A stretch of DNA of 59,453 bases, the filler included. It is 5 parts of 5 records of this genome, joined end to end, with 100 filler letters (N's around TTAATTAATTAA, not from the genome) between each part and the next. Parts side by side here need not be neighbours in the genome. Positions count along the whole stretch, not along the records: positions 51,884 to 59,453 come from SRR31156797_5754; 4 more parts are not named here. The stretch is one strand, 5' to 3'. A program made the translations under genes and the position numbers. Within the stretch, counting starts at the first letter, position 1, and each line of letters opens with the position of its first letter. Positions 56,923 to 59,453 of this stretch are shown piece by piece. A model generated the notes under the pieces. That model was not told where the DNA came from and made no database searches. It saw nothing but the letters and a program-made list of their open reading frames with translations.

Positions 56923-59352
56923 ATGCAAAAGATACTAAAATTCAGATTACTCATAATAATTTTATCAATAATATTAACCGGGGCAATAATCCCGCAATTT
57001 AAAAATATTAAAAAAGATGTCGGTGTCTCTTCGTTGTTAGAAAAAAACAATGAGGATTTCATCTACTGGGAAACATCACAGGATCTATTTGGTGCTTCTG
57101 ACCAGGTTGTTGTGGGAGTTACAGTAAAAGAAGGGGATATTTATACTTTAGAAAACATAAAAATCATAGAGGAAATATCTAGTTTTTTTGAGCAAATGGA
57201 AGAAGTTGATGAAGATGATGTAATTAGTATATCTACTATCAGGGATATTAAAGGAGAAGAAACAGCATTAATTGTTGAAGAGTTATACGATAGAGAAAAC
57301 ATTGATAAATTGACAAACGAAGATATAGAAAATATAAAAATGAGTGTTAGAAATAACCCTATGCTAAAAGATAGAATAGTCAGCTCAGATGAAAAAACAG
57401 CTGCAATTGCTGCCGGAGTTCATAATGATTTAAGTCTGAATGAAAAAAAAGGAACAGTTTTTAAAGAAAAAGTAGTGAAAAAAGTAGATGAATGGAAAGA
57501 ACAATATCCACATCTGGATATCAGACTCTCGGGACTTCCTATTATGAATGCATATATGTCTGAATATATGCAACAAGATCTAAAAAAACTATTTCCTATT
57601 GCAATATTAACAGTAATGATAATCATATTTTTCTTAGTAAGAAGAGTATCAGGAATGATCGCTCCAATATTAGTAACTTTATTCAGTATTGTTTGGGCAT
57701 TCGGAGCAAAAGGGCTCTTGAATTCAAATTACACAATTGCAGAGATTACTATCCCGATTATGCTTATCGCTATTGGCTGTGCTGATGGAATCCATATTGT
57801 TAGTGAGTTCTTTCATTTTCAAAAGAAAGGTTATGACAGTAAATCTGCTATTACTAAAACTATGAAATTACTGGCATTACCGGTTGTACTAACTTCAGTT
57901 ACAACTGCACTTGGTTTCGCTTCACTTACTACAGCTCCGGGAGTATCTATCAAAAACGTAGGGATTTTCCTAACTATAGGTGTACTTGTGGCTATGATAT
58001 TCTCTTTAACTTTTGTTCCTGCTTTTCTCTCATACAGAAAAAATAAGTATGTTGATAATGAGAATAAAGTTATACACAAAGAGAAAACTACTCATAAAAG
58101 TCATATGTGGAAAATTGGTGAATATCTTTCAATTAGAGTAATCAAATATAAGTTTTTAATGTTAATCACAGCTCTCGTAATTCTGCTTATTTCGATATTT
58201 GGAATCTTTAATGTAAAAATTGAGATGAACGCAATAGAGAATTTCAAAAAAACAGATCAGTTAAGAATAGATACAGAAGTGTTAGAACAGAATATCGGTG
58301 GAGTTTTCGTACTGGATATTATTCTAGAAGGAAATGATATAGATAAAATCAAAGAACCGGAAGTATTGAAATATATGTGGAATATGCAAAAATATCTGGA
58401 AAAACATGAACTGGTTAGTTATACATATTCTCTATCTGATAATATAAGACACATAAATTATGTCCTAAATGAAAATAACGAGAACTATCGTAAAATTCCT
58501 AATAAAACAGAAGTTATAGAGTATGAAAGTTATGAGGAGATAAACGGTGAAGAAGAGATAATAATGAAAAAAGAGAAAGTAGCAGGAAAAGATCAGATAG
58601 CACAATTTTTATTACTATTCGAATCCGGTGGCGGGGAAAATCTGGATAAGATGGTTGATACAGAGTACCAAACGTCAAAAACAGTAGTAAGACTAAAAAA
58701 TGGAAGCACATATAAACTAAAAGAATTAATGAATTATATTGAAACTTATATAGATCAAAATCCGTTACCAGAGGGAATAAATATAAAGTATACAAACCAT
58801 TATGTAAGGCAGGTTATGACGAATCTAATAGTTGAAAGTCAGATCAAAAGTATTGCAAGTCTCCTGATCATAACACTTGTATTATTAACTATTATATTCA
58901 AATCACCAATTGCAGGTTTTGTTACGGCAGTTCCGGTATTTATAGCGATTCTGTTTAACTTTGCTGTAATGTGGCTATTCAATATTCCACTTGATTCGGG
59001 TACTTCAATCATTGCATCAGTTGGAATGGGAGTTGGAATTGACTATGCTATTCATTTCTTCAGTCGATTCAAAGTTACCTTTGAGGAGGAAAGAGAGTAT
59101 ATCTCAGCTGTGCAGAGAACAATTCAGGAAGTATTTACACCGATCTTCTCAAATGCATTTGCAGTTGGGATAGGATTTACAGTATTGATGCTGTCAAAAT
59201 ATGAAACTATATCAAGAATTGGGTGGATAACTGCACTATCAATGCTTACAACTGCTGCTGCATCAATAATGATACTGCCTGCACTTATATTAATATTTAA
59301 ACCAAAAATTAACAGTGCAAAAAAGAAAAAAGCTTCATTTGGGAAAATATAG
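56923..59352 (+). CDS. MMPL/RND-family transporter
   Basis: Two RND halves with AIGCADGIH and GVGIDYAIH, plus LTSVTTALGF; about 12 TM segments. Confidence 0.9.
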   Translation: MQKILKFRLLIIILSIILTGAIIPQFKNIKKDVGVSSLLEKNNEDFIYWETSQDLFGASDQVVVGVTVKEGDIYTLENIKIIEEISSFFEQMEEVDEDDVISISTIRDIKGEETALIVEELYDRENIDKLTNEDIENIKMSVRNNPMLKDRIVSSDEKTAAIAAGVHNDLSLNEKKGTVFKEKVVKKVDEWKEQYPHLDIRLSGLPIMNAYMSEYMQQDLKKLFPIAILTVMIIIFFLVRRVSGMIAPILVTLFSIVWAFGAKGLLNSNYTIAEITIPIMLIAIGCADGIHIVSEFFHFQKKGYDSKSAITKTMKLLALPVVLTSVTTALGFASLTTAPGVSIKNVGIFLTIGVLVAMIFSLTFVPAFLSYRKNKYVDNENKVIHKEKTTHKSHMWKIGEYLSIRVIKYKFLMLITALVILLISIFGIFNVKIEMNAIENFKKTDQLRIDTEVLEQNIGGVFVLDIILEGNDIDKIKEPEVLKYMWNMQKYLEKHELVSYTYSLSDNIRHINYVLNENNENYRKIPNKTEVIEYESYEEINGEEEIIMKKEKVAGKDQIAQFLLLFESGGGENLDKMVDTEYQTSKTVVRLKNGSTYKLKELMNYIETYIDQNPLPEGINIKYTNHYVRQVMTNLIVESQIKSIASLLIITLVLLTIIFKSPIAGFVTAVPVFIAILFNFAVMWLFNIPLDSGTSIIASVGMGVGIDYAIHFFSRFKVTFEEEREYISAVQRTIQEVFTPIFSNAFAVGIGFTVLMLSKYETISRIGWITALSMLTTAAASIMILPALILIFKPKINSAKKKKASFGKI

Positions 59353-59453
59353 AAGAAAAAATTAAGATCATTTATATTAAAAAAAGATTTATTGAGGCGG
59401 TGAAGAATTTAGGATATTTTCAAAACATTTCAATCTTGAACCATGATTGAAAT

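Noticed and set aside
1-59453. rRNA, tRNA, CRISPR arrays, integrases or transposases
   Set aside because: None recognisable by eye. A tRNAscan/Infernal/CRISPR search would be needed to exclude them formally.

Overview
This window is not one locus. It is five unrelated contigs joined by 100-bp artificial spacers (N-run + TTAATTAATTAA + N-run). Contig 1 (1-13317, Desulfovibrionaceae-like) carries dnaE (partial), queD, dtd, an anti-sigma/STAS pair, fapA, motAB, a CgeB-like glycosyltransferase, a CHASE4 histidine kinase, cysS and ispDF. It also hides a probable two-gene selenoprotein operon at 7346-7738: an unannotated 50-aa membrane peptide and an FmdB zinc-ribbon protein, each with an in-frame UGA followed 11 nt later by a SECIS-like hairpin. 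Contig 2 (13418-25511, Desulfobacterota-like) has modABC, sensors, an EamA transporter, an iron-sulfur flavoprotein and TauE. Contig 3 (25612-36237, Arcobacteraceae-like) is an iron-uptake cluster with three TonB-dependent receptors, a PepSY protein, AraC, two-component genes and Fur-like boxes. Contig 4 (36338-51783, Campylobacterota) has a cytochrome c peroxidase/PAS kinase pair, hypF, a phosphorylase-kinase-like GH15 coupled to glucokinase, a divergent rhodanese/SQR pair, an AT-rich orphan P-loop NTPase plus small membrane protein (candidate defence cassette) and a GGDEF regulator. Contig 5 (51884-59453, low-GC anaerobe, lineage uncertain) has an MCP pseudogene, an MCP-hemerythrin, a DUF1007/Ni-Co transporter pair, and a MarR-methyltransferase-MMPL unit with five copies of a 21-bp palindromic operator. 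I saw no rRNA, tRNA, CRISPR array or intact transposase. Taxonomic and family calls come from motif recognition only, with no database search.
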